Below are positions 41,655 to 51,448 of a stretch of DNA of 64,000 bases, one piece after another. The notes under the pieces are model-generated. The model was not told the origin of the DNA. It did no database searches and saw nothing but the letters and a program-made list of their open reading frames with translations. The position numbers were made by a program, and so were the translations under genes. The number at the start of each line of letters is the position of its first letter. The stretch's first letter is position 1. The DNA is taken from sequence record MK250021.1; one strand, 5' to 3'.

Positions 41655-42509
41655 TTAATCTTCATCATTTAAATCCTCAAATTCTTCATATGATAATAGT
41701 AATTTATCATATTCTTTAATCATTGTAGATAAAATTTGTTTTTGCTCTGATACATACTGTTTATCAAAATGCCAACATTGTCCTGCATATTTACATGGAA
41801 TAAACATACCGTTTTGACTTTCTAACATTATACAGAATGATGCCCAATTTACAACTGATTCTGAAAGTTCTTTCCAATTTATAGTTGAATTATTATAAAA
41901 ACTCATAACACCATTCATTTGAGAAAATTGATTCCAACAATAATTATATGGCATATAGTCTCTATATTCATCACTATTTAAATCTGTGACAACAAATAGT
42001 ATACCTCCAGTAAATTCATTAAATACATTATCGCCTACACCAATCAATTCCAAACATTTCTTCATCTTTGGAATTTCATATGTCATTGCTTTATATATAG
42101 AATATTTCTCATATATAACAGTATATTCATATTTTTCTGAAGTATGAAATACTGAACACATTTTTGTTATATTTTCAAAAAGTGTTTTAATATTATCTTT
42201 TTGTTCTTCATATGAAACATATTTATTATAATCTCTTAATATTGTATATATAATATCATTAAATTTCATATGTAATTTCCCTTCTATCATTCGTGTAGTT
42301 TCATCCTCTTCATATTCAAAATCATCACTACCTCCATACTCATCCATATATCCTATAACAGGAATATGCATAGGTATTAATGGACTTTCTAAATAAGTAG
42401 GATTATTTCCAAGTTTATGCTTATTTCTACGACAAATAATAGCAATTACTTTCTCTCTATTCCTTATTGGAATTCTTGAATGAAATCCAGATACGCAAAA
42501 ATCACCCAT
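41655..42509 (-). CDS. Hypothetical protein (284 aa)
   Basis: Intact ORF, operon spacing. Confidence 0.75.
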   Translation of the reverse strand: MGDFCVSGFHSRIPIRNREKVIAIICRRNKHKLGNNPTYLESPLIPMHIPVIGYMDEYGGSDDFEYEEDETTRMIEGKLHMKFNDIIYTILRDYNKYVSYEEQKDNIKTLFENITKMCSVFHTSEKYEYTVIYEKYSIYKAMTYEIPKMKKCLELIGVGDNVFNEFTGGILFVVTDLNSDEYRDYMPYNYCWNQFSQMNGVMSFYNNSTINWKELSESVVNWASFCIMLESQNGMFIPCKYAGQCWHFDKQYVSEQKQILSTMIKEYDKLLLSYEEFEDLNDED

Positions 42510-42512
42510 AAC

Positions 42513-42998
42513 TTATTTTAAATTATTAATATAATCAGCCATCTTAGTTTTCCAATTGTTTGCCTTTGCAATATGACAAATATAGTTAACTGCATACTCA
42601 AAACAATTTTCTAATGTATTCCATGTCATATCAAATGAATGTGGATTTTCACCAAGAGTTTGTGCAAACTTACTTGAATATATAATATCAAAATACCAAT
42701 CTTTATGCTCTCTATTATATCCAGGCTCGATAATAATACCAAGATGTTTTTCTAACCAATCAACTGCTTCAAATACAGTAGGTGCTGGAATCCAATTAGG
42801 CGACGGATATTCAACTTCCCATTCTTTATCGCGTTGACACAGATCTCCAGTATGCCATGTACGTTCAGCAACAGTTTCACCATTCTTTGATTTAACACCT
42901 TTAATACCAATTGGTGTATTCATATACAAATCTTCTGTATATTCATCGAATCCTAATTTATTAAGAATTTGTGAAGATGCAAAATTAATATGTTTCAT
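42513..42998 (-). CDS. Hypothetical phage protein (161 aa)
   Basis: Intact ORF directly below promoter 43022-43055. LxxLGFDE...APT...W pattern. Confidence 0.75.
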   Translation of the reverse strand: MKHINFASSQILNKLGFDEYTEDLYMNTPIGIKGVKSKNGETVAERTWHTGDLCQRDKEWEVEYPSPNWIPAPTVFEAVDWLEKHLGIIIEPGYNREHKDWYFDIIYSSKFAQTLGENPHSFDMTWNTLENCFEYAVNYICHIAKANNWKTKMADYINNLK

Positions 42999-43021
42999 AA
43001 TTATTTTATTTTATATTACAT

Positions 43022-43055
43022 TACAAAGATACATATAATTTTGGAATATAAAAAA
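43022..43055 (-). promoter_or_regulatory. Bacteroidota sigmaA-type (early) promoter, -7 TAnnTTTG
   Basis: T-run...ATGTATCTTTGTA on the - strand; one of six near-identical copies. Confidence 0.75.
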
Positions 43056-43057
43056 TA

Positions 43058-43495
43058 TTACTTATCTTTTTCTTCTGCATCTACATATTTCCAATACTGT
43101 TCTATTATCTTATTCCATAATAATTCATATGAAAACCCATAATTATTATCAGGTCCAAATACTTTCATTTCATTTGAAGTAACCACATAATTGATTTGAT
43201 ATTTTCCCCTTTTTATTTTAAAAAAATTATCTTCATTTAATTCGTCTGAACCAGTATAACTAAATATTCTAATATTATAATGTTTACTTGATGTTATATG
43301 AACGCATGCATATAAATATGGTTGATAGTTTATTTTATATACATAATATGTATTTTCACAAATTTTATTAAATAGCCATTGTATACATTGTACATCACAA
43401 AAATCCGGTATTTCTTTATTAAATGGTGGAAATACAATATTTTCATCCATTACAGGCTTATCTTTTTTCTTAAATATGTTATTAAACAGTTTCAT
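43058..43495 (-). CDS. Hypothetical protein (145 aa)
   Basis: Intact ORF. Confidence 0.7.
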   Translation of the reverse strand: MKLFNNIFKKKDKPVMDENIVFPPFNKEIPDFCDVQCIQWLFNKICENTYYVYKINYQPYLYACVHITSSKHYNIRIFSYTGSDELNEDNFFKIKRGKYQINYVVTSNEMKVFGPDNNYGFSYELLWNKIIEQYWKYVDAEEKDK

Positions 43496-43498
43496 TAT

Positions 43499-44167
43499 TC
43501 AATCTTTAATAATTTTTAAATCATCTGGTATATAACAATCACTACCTAAATATTTAATATATTCTTTAACTGGTTTCTTTACTTTTTTCCAATATAGTAA
43601 GTTATTATCTTTGCTTTGATAATATATATAACTATCAAAATATGTTATTTCTTCAATATTTCCATTATGTTCAACTTTACATACTTTATAATTATCTTCA
43701 TCGAAATAACTTGCAAGATCCATCCATACTAATAAATCTTCTAATATCATTATTGACAACGGTGAAGTGTTATATGTATTAGTTTTTTTCTTTTCATATA
43801 TAATATTTCCATTATTATCTTTCAATACTGTTAATCCTTTATAATCACCTGTAATTTGCCAATTTGGATTATCAATAAAATATTGTAATAAAAATTCTAA
43901 TGGTTTTCGCTCGTCTTGGTTTATAGAATAATCTATTGAAAAATTATATTCACTAAACCTTAAATTATCTTCTATACATTGTCGTATGTCTATAGCAAAA
44001 TGTTGCTTCTAATCATGTGTTAATGTATAATATTCATATTTAGCAATATTTAATGCATGTTGATGTGCGGCTATTGTATGTCTACCAATTGCATATCTAT
44101 ATGACATCCATACTAAATCTTCATGATAACTTTTATCAAATATATTATCCTAATCTTTTTTCTTCAT
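43499..44167 (-). CDS. Hypothetical phage protein (222 aa; WMSYRYAIGRHT motif)
   Basis: The track ORF (TTG 43825) extends in frame through 2 TAG to ATG 44167. Confidence 0.7.
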
Positions 44168-44223
44168 ATAAAATAAAAAAGTCTATTTATAATTATATAA
44201 AAATATACATAAGTTGTTTATTA

Positions 44224-44230
44224 ATAAATA
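44224..44230 (+). promoter_or_regulatory. Putative late promoter ATAAATA
   Basis: 26 nt upstream of ATG 44257. Confidence 0.4.
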
Positions 44231-44256
44231 TAATAAATAAAAATAAACTAATTATC

Positions 44257-45160
44257 ATGAAATTCATTAAATTATTTGATAATAAAGAATAGTTAGATAA
44301 TTATGCCAATGGAATTTCACATCGAGATGGTGCATTTATACTATCTGAAAAAAAAAAAAGAGAAACTAAGTATTATTGATGAAAGACATCCAGGTCCAAA
44401 CTGTATTTATGTATAGGATTTAAATATGTCTCCATTATCATTAGAATCAAATTCGTCGAAAGATGTAAAAGTTGGCTCAATATTATATGTAAACACTAAT
44501 AATAAGTTAACATTAAATAATGAACCTGGTAATATGGCAATTGCTATATGTGTATGTCCATCAGTTACAGAAGATTTTGAAGCTGGTAATTCAACAGGTG
44601 AAAGTAAAGTAAAAACTGCACGTTTTTGTAGTCTTTACTATATGAATTAGGATATAGTAGGTACTGCTAGTATTAATGATACAACAGTATAGTTTAATAT
44701 GAAAGGATATACTATAGGAAATACATATGGTAATAGATCTAGTACTAGTTATATTGGTGGTAAAAAAAATACATAGATATTAGTAGAAAAATCATCATAT
44801 TATTATGATACTAAAAGATTATTATGTAATATATCATTTTCTAATATTTATAATGGTGTTTTTCTTGGCTGTAATGCTGCAGTTTCTGCTGCTGTATATA
44901 GTATACGTGGTACAAAAAGAGGTGATTGGTATTTACCATCAGTGGGAGAATTAAAAGAGATGTATAGTAAAATTTCCATAATCAATCCTATTAGAAAACA
45001 ACTAGTTAATGAAGAATACAAAATGTAGGGGCATTATTGGACAAGTTATGAATATAATGCAGACAATGAATCTGCAATATTATTCACCAATGGTGCTATA
45101 ACATATGCTGATAAAAAAATGAGTAAAAGAGTAATACCATTTTTAGCAGTTTCTATATAA
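44257..45160 (+). CDS. DUF1566/C-type-lectin-fold protein, frameshifted in an A12 tract (300 aa if A11)
   Basis: The MKFIKLFDNKE(TAG)LDNY... frame hits TGA at 44377. The frame after A12 (44348-44359) stays open with 5 TAG to TAA 45158 and contains GDWYLPSVGEL...HYWTSYEY...VIPFLAV. Confidence 0.7.
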
Positions 45161-45165
45161 AATAT

Positions 45166-45200
45166 TAAGGTGATAATATTTTTGAAATATTATCACCTTA
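45166..45200. terminator. Bidirectional intrinsic terminator
   Basis: 16-bp perfect stem TAAGGTGATAATATTT/AAATATTATCACCTTA. Confidence 0.85.
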
Positions 45201-45206
45201 TTTAAT

Positions 45207-45887
45207 TTACTTCTTATATAAAATATTATCAATCATTCCTTTAGAACCATATGATTTTGCTTCTTCTGCTGTCATCCAAAAATCTCTATCTGCATCAGAT
45301 TTAATTTTTTTCATTGTTTGCCCAGAATGATTTGCAATAATATCATAAAGTTCTGTTTTTAACTTATTTATTTCTTTACATGTAATTTCTATATCACTTG
45401 CTTGGGTATGATCTCCAGTAGATGACATAGGTTGGTGAATCATTACACGTGAATGTGGTAATGCGTATCTCTTTCCTTCAGTTCCTGCACAAAGTAATAT
45501 ACTAGCCATACTAGCTGCCATACCGGCACATATAGTAGATACATCAGACCTTATAAATTGCATTGTATCATATATCTCTAATCCTGAATATACATCACCA
45601 CCTGGTGAATTAATATAAATAGAAATATCAGTATTATCTACATTATCAAGATATAATAATTGAGATGTAATAATATTAGCACTTTCTGCTGTTACAGGAT
45701 TACCTAAGAAAATAATTCTATCCATCATCAATCTTGAGAATACATCCATTTGTGATACGTTAAGTTGTCGTTCCTCAAGTATAGTAGGATTTTGATAACC
45801 CATATTTATACCATTCATATAATCATGTAAGTAAAGACTACTTACATTTCTTGAATTCATAAACTTTTCAAAATCAGTTTTAATCAT
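45207..45887 (-). CDS. clpP: ATP-dependent Clp protease proteolytic subunit (Bacteroidota-type)
   Basis: EERQLNVSQMDVFSRLMMDRIIFLG, YINSPGG, GMAASMA (Ser), MIHQP (His), DRDFWM (Asp). Confidence 0.95.
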   Translation of the reverse strand: MIKTDFEKFMNSRNVSSLYLHDYMNGINMGYQNPTILEERQLNVSQMDVFSRLMMDRIIFLGNPVTAESANIITSQLLYLDNVDNTDISIYINSPGGDVYSGLEIYDTMQFIRSDVSTICAGMAASMASILLCAGTEGKRYALPHSRVMIHQPMSSTGDHTQASDIEITCKEINKLKTELYDIIANHSGQTMKKIKSDADRDFWMTAEEAKSYGSKGMIDNILYKK

Positions 45888-46380
45888 CTATATTATAGTA
45901 TTTCTTTCTAAAACATTTTTTTAGTAATGATACAACATGAATATTAGGAAATTCACAAGGATTATTAGGATTTGTTTCATTATAAATATCGGGATAACAA
46001 TCTAATATAAATTTAACAACTCCTTGAGATCTAGATACTCCAGCTGAACAATGAACATAAATATCTTTTCCTAAATTATTCTCTATAAAATTAAATAATT
46101 CATTTGCTTGATTATCTGTTAATCCTTTAATTGAATTTGCATATTTAATTTCATCTTCTGTTATATCATCTCCATATGCATATAATAAATTATAATCTGT
46201 AATATCATAAAAGTCTAAATTAATAACATTATCTCTTGATTTAAATATATGATATTCATCTTTTGCATTTGGTTCACATATAGATATTATTGCTATATTA
46301 TCTGGTAATGTATTGTTATCCCATTTATTTTTATTCATTAACGATTTAAATCCGTCAAATCCTGTACACCAAATTTTCAT
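45880..46380 (-). CDS. Cys-based protein tyrosine/dual-specificity phosphatase-like protein
   Basis: P-loop VHCSAGVSRS (HCxxGxxR). Confidence 0.8.
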   Translation of the reverse strand: MKIWCTGFDGFKSLMNKNKWDNNTLPDNIAIISICEPNAKDEYHIFKSRDNVINLDFYDITDYNLLYAYGDDITEDEIKYANSIKGLTDNQANELFNFIENNLGKDIYVHCSAGVSRSQGVVKFILDCYPDIYNETNPNNPCEFPNIHVVSLLKKCFRKKYYNIDD

Positions 46381-47015
46381 AATTTACTTAATTGAATTTC
46401 TAATTCATGTATATGTGATAATTCTTTATCTATCTCATCATTTAAATAATCTATTCTATCTTGTGATTTTTTAATTAAACGTTTAAGTTCATCTGATAAT
46501 ATATTATTTTCATCAAAATAATTTGAAATAATTTTTTTAATATTATCTATTCCGTTAACAAATGTTTTAAATTCATCATCTGTTAATTTAAAAGAAATTT
46601 GATTATTTAAATTATAAACATATATTTTTTCTTTTAATGATTTACATTCTTTTAAAAAGAGTTCTATATTTTCATCTATTATAAAATCTAAATCATAATC
46701 AGTAAATTTGACAAAAGTATTAATTTCAAAATTATCATACTTTGGATTAATAAATACGTCGTTAAATATATAATTTACATAATAGAATAAATCAACTCCA
46801 TAAATATCATGAAACGAATCTGTATGACATACTATAAAATCTCCTAATTTCATATTAGAAAAATATCCATAATCGAAATCAAATATTTTTATTGTTCTAT
46901 TTAATAAATCAATTGGTATATTATCTTTTAAAATTTTAGGAAAATCATTTTCATCAGGACATTCTAATAATTTATGAATATCCTGATATATGTTTTTTAA
47001 TTTCTCATATTCCAT
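46377..47015 (-). CDS. Hypothetical protein (212 aa)
   Basis: Intact ORF, ATGA overlap with the next gene. Confidence 0.7.
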   Translation of the reverse strand: MEYEKLKNIYQDIHKLLECPDENDFPKILKDNIPIDLLNRTIKIFDFDYGYFSNMKLGDFIVCHTDSFHDIYGVDLFYYVNYIFNDVFINPKYDNFEINTFVKFTDYDLDFIIDENIELFLKECKSLKEKIYVYNLNNQISFKLTDDEFKTFVNGIDNIKKIISNYFDENNILSDELKRLIKKSQDRIDYLNDEIDKELSHIHELEIQLSKL

Positions 47016-47017
47016 AT

Positions 47018-47707
47018 TTAAATAAACTTTTTAATATATTTTAATGTATCATGAATATCTTGAGAAAACTTAAACAATGCTTCCTTTGTTTTAAGATTAA
47101 TATCTTTATATAGTTGTTCTTTCGTTTCAAACCCTATAGCATCATCTGATTTCATCCATGATTTCTGTATAACTGCAGTATGCCTATTACTATCATTAAT
47201 AGTAATATTATCCCAATTATTACCATATATATTAATTTCTGTATATACAATAGTTACTCTATTATTAATAATATTTACATCTTCTAACATAATATAAGTA
47301 TCATTAATATTATAATCAAAACCACATGGTTCTACACCATATGTTATATCTTTATAAAAATCATTATCTACTTTTCGCATAACTTTACCAGTATCTAAAT
47401 AATTATGCTGAATAAAATCACGTAATTCAATATTATATTGAGATATAAAATTACCGCATGGACATTGTTCAGTCAAAAATATTTGCATATTATATGGTAA
47501 ATATCTAAAATCTTCATTATTAACATTTAAATAACGACGTTTTACTAATTTAAATGTATAATCAATATTATTGATATTAATAGTTACTTCTTCCTTTGCA
47601 CAAAAATCTTGATATGTATGCAACTTATTTAAAAGACGTTTAAATAATGTAGCAACTCTATCACAACCTAAATCATTTACTGAAATATCATATACTTCAA
47701 AATTCAT
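47018..47707 (-). CDS. Hypothetical protein (229 aa)
   Basis: Intact ORF below promoter 47742-47775. Confidence 0.7.
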   Translation of the reverse strand: MNFEVYDISVNDLGCDRVATLFKRLLNKLHTYQDFCAKEEVTININNIDYTFKLVKRRYLNVNNEDFRYLPYNMQIFLTEQCPCGNFISQYNIELRDFIQHNYLDTGKVMRKVDNDFYKDITYGVEPCGFDYNINDTYIMLEDVNIINNRVTIVYTEINIYGNNWDNITINDSNRHTAVIQKSWMKSDDAIGFETKEQLYKDINLKTKEALFKFSQDIHDTLKYIKKFI

Positions 47708-47741
47708 AGTTATATTATTTTTTAATTAAACATTCTATTAA

Positions 47742-47775
47742 TACAAAGATACATAAAATTATTAAAAATAAAAAA
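47742..47775 (-). promoter_or_regulatory. Bacteroidota sigmaA-type (early) promoter
   Basis: ATGTATCTTTGTA with upstream T-run. Confidence 0.75.
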
Positions 47776-47816
47776 TAGTAATTAAGAAAACTAATATTAA
47801 ATTTCTTAATTACTAT
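47770..47816 (-). terminator. Intrinsic terminator
   Basis: 15-bp stem ATAGTAATTAAGAAA/TTTCTTAATTACTAT with T-run on the - strand. Confidence 0.7.
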
Positions 47817-47825
47817 ATATTTTAA

Positions 47826-48032
47826 TTACTTTGATGACGAGCTAGATGATGATGGAAATAATAATTTAGCAACTGTCATCAAACACAATGCATGAATATA
47901 TGTAATTGTTGGTAAACCAAATAAATATGGCATAACATAATTCCAACAAATCATAAATATAATTGCACCTAAAATAATAAATATAATTGCAACTAAAATA
48001 GTTACAATTGATGTCCATATAAAAGTTTTCAT
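47826..48032 (-). CDS. Small membrane protein (two hydrophobic helices)
   Basis: 68 aa, strongly hydrophobic. Confidence 0.7.
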   Translation of the reverse strand: MKTFIWTSIVTILVAIIFIILGAIIFMICWNYVMPYLFGLPTITYIHALCLMTVAKLLFPSSSSSSSK

Positions 48033-48128
48033 ATAATTTATTTACTTGTAATTAATGCAAATAGAATATTTGATAATACATTAAATCTAAACTTCTTTTT
48101 TGCATATCTACCTTTATTTTTTATTTGT

Positions 48129-48353
48129 TCATACTTCATTATTTCTATTATTATAATAATTAATCAAATCAACTTTCATTTCTTTATTAAATTGATTATT
48201 TCTTTTTCTATTTCTAATAACTCTATCTTCTGCTATTTCACAATTATAACGTTTCCATTTATTTAAAATAGAACGTCTATACTTTGGTTTAATTTTATCT
48301 TTATTATCATGCATATAATCATATACAGCTTGTTCTTTAAAATTATTACTCAT
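48129..48353 (-). CDS. Small basic hypothetical protein
   Basis: Intact ORF. Confidence 0.6.
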   Translation of the reverse strand: MSNNFKEQAVYDYMHDNKDKIKPKYRRSILNKWKRYNCEIAEDRVIRNRKRNNQFNKEMKVDLINYYNNRNNEV

Positions 48354-48390
48354 AGTATATTTTATAAAGATATTTTATTTTCAAAATAAT

Positions 48391-48460
48391 AAAAAATAAA
48401 CATCAAAATTGTGGTTCTAAATCTTACTGCTACTTACTAAGACTACAATTTTGATGTTTA
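48391..48460 (-). terminator. Intrinsic terminator closing ncRNA candidate A
   Basis: 16-bp stem TAAACATCAAAATTGT/ACAATTTTGATGTTTA followed by TTTTTT on the - strand. Confidence 0.75.
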
Positions 48461-49134
48461 TAAAAGCAATCATTCATTATCCTGCAGCATCCATATTAGT
48501 ATAAGTTTCATTGCAATAGAACTTTACAACTATAGTGATAATCCACTTATACATTCTTTTACTCTAAAGTCTTTTATATAACTTTATCATACATAATATA
48601 TGTACTGTCCATCAATAAAAGGTTCTTTATTTCATCATGGTTTTATATCGTATAAACAACCCTCTGTATATCACTGATTCATTTCTTTACATTTAGAAAT
48701 CAGGGTCTTTAAGCCTCAACGTTTGGCTGTAACTATTATCCTCAACCATTACCAGATAATGTCATCTTGTTTTTGTGGTGCATCTCACATACCTCCTTTA
48801 ATCATAAAACAAGCAAAACTACTAAGACAAATAACGTTTCTTAGAACTTCTACGAATTTACGCTCATATCAAATCATCATCTGATATAGACACCTAAATT
48901 AAGTGAATAAAGTTTACGACTCAATATAAAATTTTATATCTCAACCTTTATCAAAAACGATTCATTAAATTCTTTTAAGGAACTTATTTCTAATTAAATG
49001 AAGGATTCATTTAAAATAGGTTCTCCCGAAAACATGCGGTTTATCCTTACTCATTATAATTATAATAAGCGTTGTTTATAGCACTCATTAGAATTCATTA
49101 TGTATTATCTAACTCTCATTTATAATATTCATAA

Positions 49135-49163
49135 TTTATATGATATTAAAAGCAAAATGTCTA
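49135..49163 (-). promoter_or_regulatory. Possible second, sigma70-type promoter TAGACA-N17-TATAAA
   Basis: Same 17-nt architecture as 38750, 54852 and 54968; lies inside a hairpin. Confidence 0.35.
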
Positions 49164-49241
49164 ATATCATATTATAAATTATTTGTCTCGTTAGATATTA
49201 TCAAAATTTCAAAGATCTCTTCATTGTTATTTTATTAACAA

Positions 49242-49275
49242 TACAAAGATACACATTCTTTTTTAATAAAAAAAA
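49242..49275 (-). promoter_or_regulatory. Bacteroidota sigmaA-type (early) promoter
   Basis: GTGTATCTTTGTA with upstream T-run; points into the ORF-free region A. Confidence 0.7.
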
Positions 49276-49303
49276 TATTCTAAGAAAAAATTAAAAATAT
49301 TTT

Positions 49304-50104
49304 TTATCTTACAAAACATGTTGCATATCCATGTTCAACCTTAATAAATAATACTTCACCATTTAACCACAATTTATCAAATGGCGTTTTATCACCATTT
49401 TCTTGCATATCTTTATGTTCATCAATAGCATATTTCTCAATGTCATCAATACTACCTTTATAATAATTCTTTATGTTATCAGATTCAAGATATGCAATTC
49501 GCGACTTACATTCGTCAAGAAGTTCTTCAAATACAGGAACAGATTTATTACAAAATCTGTCATACTCATTCTGAAAATTAATATTAGATGAACAAATACC
49601 ATTTGTAATAATACGAGATACATTTTCAAGTTTCTCTAGATTATCAAGGTCTACATAAAAATCATCGCATGTAATATCATTATCTTTATACATACCAATA
49701 ACATGAACTTTTGCATTCCATAATTCACACCATTTATTTGCACCATCTTCTATAAGCTGTCCAAAATCATTATCATGAAAATCAAACATAATCATGAAAT
49801 TTTTATCAACCTTAATATCACTAGTTTCATATGGATCACCTTTATACTTATGACCATCATAAAGACCTGTAAGATATGAAGAACGACTTATCCTTAAAAT
49901 CTCTTTCAAACAAAAATCCTTAATTTTTTTATATTCTTCATCATTTAGATTATCAGTTCCATCAAGCAAATCTAATACTGAGTCATAATATTTTTCTTCA
50001 TTTTTTACATAGTCATAAGACATATCTACAAATGGCTTGCCGAACATACGAATTTCAGATTTATTCATATCTTCTTGCATCTTCTTAAGATCTATTTCTT
50101 TCAT
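49304..50104 (-). CDS. Hypothetical protein (266 aa)
   Basis: Intact ORF. Confidence 0.75.
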   Translation of the reverse strand: MKEIDLKKMQEDMNKSEIRMFGKPFVDMSYDYVKNEEKYYDSVLDLLDGTDNLNDEEYKKIKDFCLKEILRISRSSYLTGLYDGHKYKGDPYETSDIKVDKNFMIMFDFHDNDFGQLIEDGANKWCELWNAKVHVIGMYKDNDITCDDFYVDLDNLEKLENVSRIITNGICSSNINFQNEYDRFCNKSVPVFEELLDECKSRIAYLESDNIKNYYKGSIDDIEKYAIDEHKDMQENGDKTPFDKLWLNGEVLFIKVEHGYATCFVR

Positions 50105-50117
50105 ATTTCTTAATTAT

Positions 50118-51059
50118 TTACATTGTTCCATCATTAGGTTGCAAACACATAATTCCACGTTCTCGCCACATCTTAACCACTTTAGAAGAATCTTCCAATA
50201 CAAACAATACATTATAATAAGGTTCAATATATTCCTTATATAAATTATATTTACAATCTGGACCCTTTGTAAAATTCTTCAAAGGTCTCATTAACACCTT
50301 ATCAACATTACCAATAAGGTTATTCTTCAACCAATCTTCTGTTGCATGTCTAATATCGTCTGTATCTTCTCTACCTGTCAATATAATGACATCCACTGAT
50401 TTATCGGCAATATATGTATTAACAAGTTGGCAAAGTTGCTTACATGGTTTATCATCCCTCATGCTATCAGCAGCACCATTACCATAAAATGGCCGACCTT
50501 GAAGATTAAAACAAAGTGTAGCATCCATATCTACAAGAATACAATTCTTCTTCGTTTCATCAAACTTCTTAAAGCTATTATATTGCTTATTATTAAGTTG
50601 TGTAGCAATAAAGTTTCTATATCGCCTATAAGTAGATTTGATAACGGATTCACCTATAGGATTAGATCTAAATGAATCTCTTCTAATACATTCCTCTACC
50701 GATACATCAAAGAAATCCTTAAATTCCAATGTATAATGATACTCATTATGTGTCTCATTATACTTATCAATTCTATCTTGCATTTCTTTCCATCCCTTTG
50801 GATTCAGGTTCATATTATCCATAATGATATTCCAACCTTTTTCCATAGGTGATTTAAAAAATGCATCTGTCATATCTTTAATAACAGAAAGTTTCTCACG
50901 TGATTCTACCCAATACTCACCGAACATGTTTCTAAGAGAATCCCAATTAATTCTAATTCTCTCAGTTGGTTTCTCCTTTACCCAATGTTCAGCGAATGTA
51001 GACTTACCAGACGCTTGAATACCTCTTGTCAATATAATTACCCTTTCTTTCATATTCAT
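50118..51059 (-). CDS. pseT: Polynucleotide 5'-kinase/3'-phosphatase (T4 PseT-like)
   Basis: P-loop GIQASGKST, RINWDSLR; HAD motifs LVDMDATL, LTGR, RP...D...K, LEDS. Confidence 0.9.
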   Translation of the reverse strand: MNMKERVIILTRGIQASGKSTFAEHWVKEKPTERIRINWDSLRNMFGEYWVESREKLSVIKDMTDAFFKSPMEKGWNIIMDNMNLNPKGWKEMQDRIDKYNETHNEYHYTLEFKDFFDVSVEECIRRDSFRSNPIGESVIKSTYRRYRNFIATQLNNKQYNSFKKFDETKKNCILVDMDATLCFNLQGRPFYGNGAADSMRDDKPCKQLCQLVNTYIADKSVDVIILTGREDTDDIRHATEDWLKNNLIGNVDKVLMRPLKNFTKGPDCKYNLYKEYIEPYYNVLFVLEDSSKVVKMWRERGIMCLQPNDGTM

Positions 51060-51077
51060 ATTTTATTTAATTAGCAA

Positions 51078-51111
51078 TACAAAGATACATAATTTTTAGG
51101 AAAATAAAAAA
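51078..51111 (-). promoter_or_regulatory. Bacteroidota sigmaA-type (early) promoter
   Basis: ATGTATCTTTGTA just upstream of pseT. Confidence 0.75.
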
Positions 51112-51237
51112 TTAATTATTATCAAATACTATATTTTCAACAAAATTAAGTTTCTTATAATTTCTATTCTTTGAATACTTATCGATTATTTTTAAAAAAT
51201 CGACCATAAATCTATAATCAAATTCTGGTTTATTCAT
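51112..51237 (-). CDS. Small hypothetical protein (41 aa), absent from track
   Basis: MNKPEFDYRF...; start overlaps the stop of the 51230 ORF. Confidence 0.4.
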   Translation of the reverse strand: MNKPEFDYRFMVDFLKIIDKYSKNRNYKKLNFVENIVFDNN

Positions 51238-51448
51238 CTTTTAACATCATTGCAAGAATAACAGATTTCATACATGTCATATATCCTTTAAGATACATAT
51301 CTTTCAACATCAACCAAATTCTTTCAAATTCATCTGGTATCTTTTCACTTGTATCATCAGATATATTAGAGTTACCGACAATAGTTTTAAGCTCTCGCCG
51401 TGCTTGATAATCAGCCATTGCATTTAATTTATTCTTATTAAATTCCAT
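51230..51448 (-). CDS. Hypothetical protein
   Basis: Intact ORF in operon. Confidence 0.65.
   Translation of the reverse strand: MEFNKNKLNAMADYQARRELKTIVGNSNISDDTSEKIPDEFERIWLMLKDMYLKGYMTCMKSVILAMMLKDE

Larger units (their letters stand above)
48391..49235 (-). ncRNA. Candidate long structured ncRNA A (~750-850 nt)
   Basis: No ORF of 60 aa or more in the track and none obvious with TAG=Gln. Own promoter(s), boxA-like GATCTTTGAAAT, many hairpins and a terminator. Confidence 0.5.

Noticed and set aside
44165-44185. TAGACT upstream of the 44167 gene as a sigma70-type promoter
   Set aside because: No TATAAW at 17 nt; that position falls inside the coding sequence.
45030-45157. Complete diversity-generating retroelement
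   Set aside because: Only the target-like fold is present; no template repeat or reverse transcriptase was found in the window, and regions A and B do not match the putative VR.
48789-48800. Perfect Shine-Dalgarno AAAGGAGGT followed by ATG-TGA in region A
   Set aside because: Zero spacing to a one-codon ORF, and Bacteroidota rarely use SD; may be chance or part of a helix.
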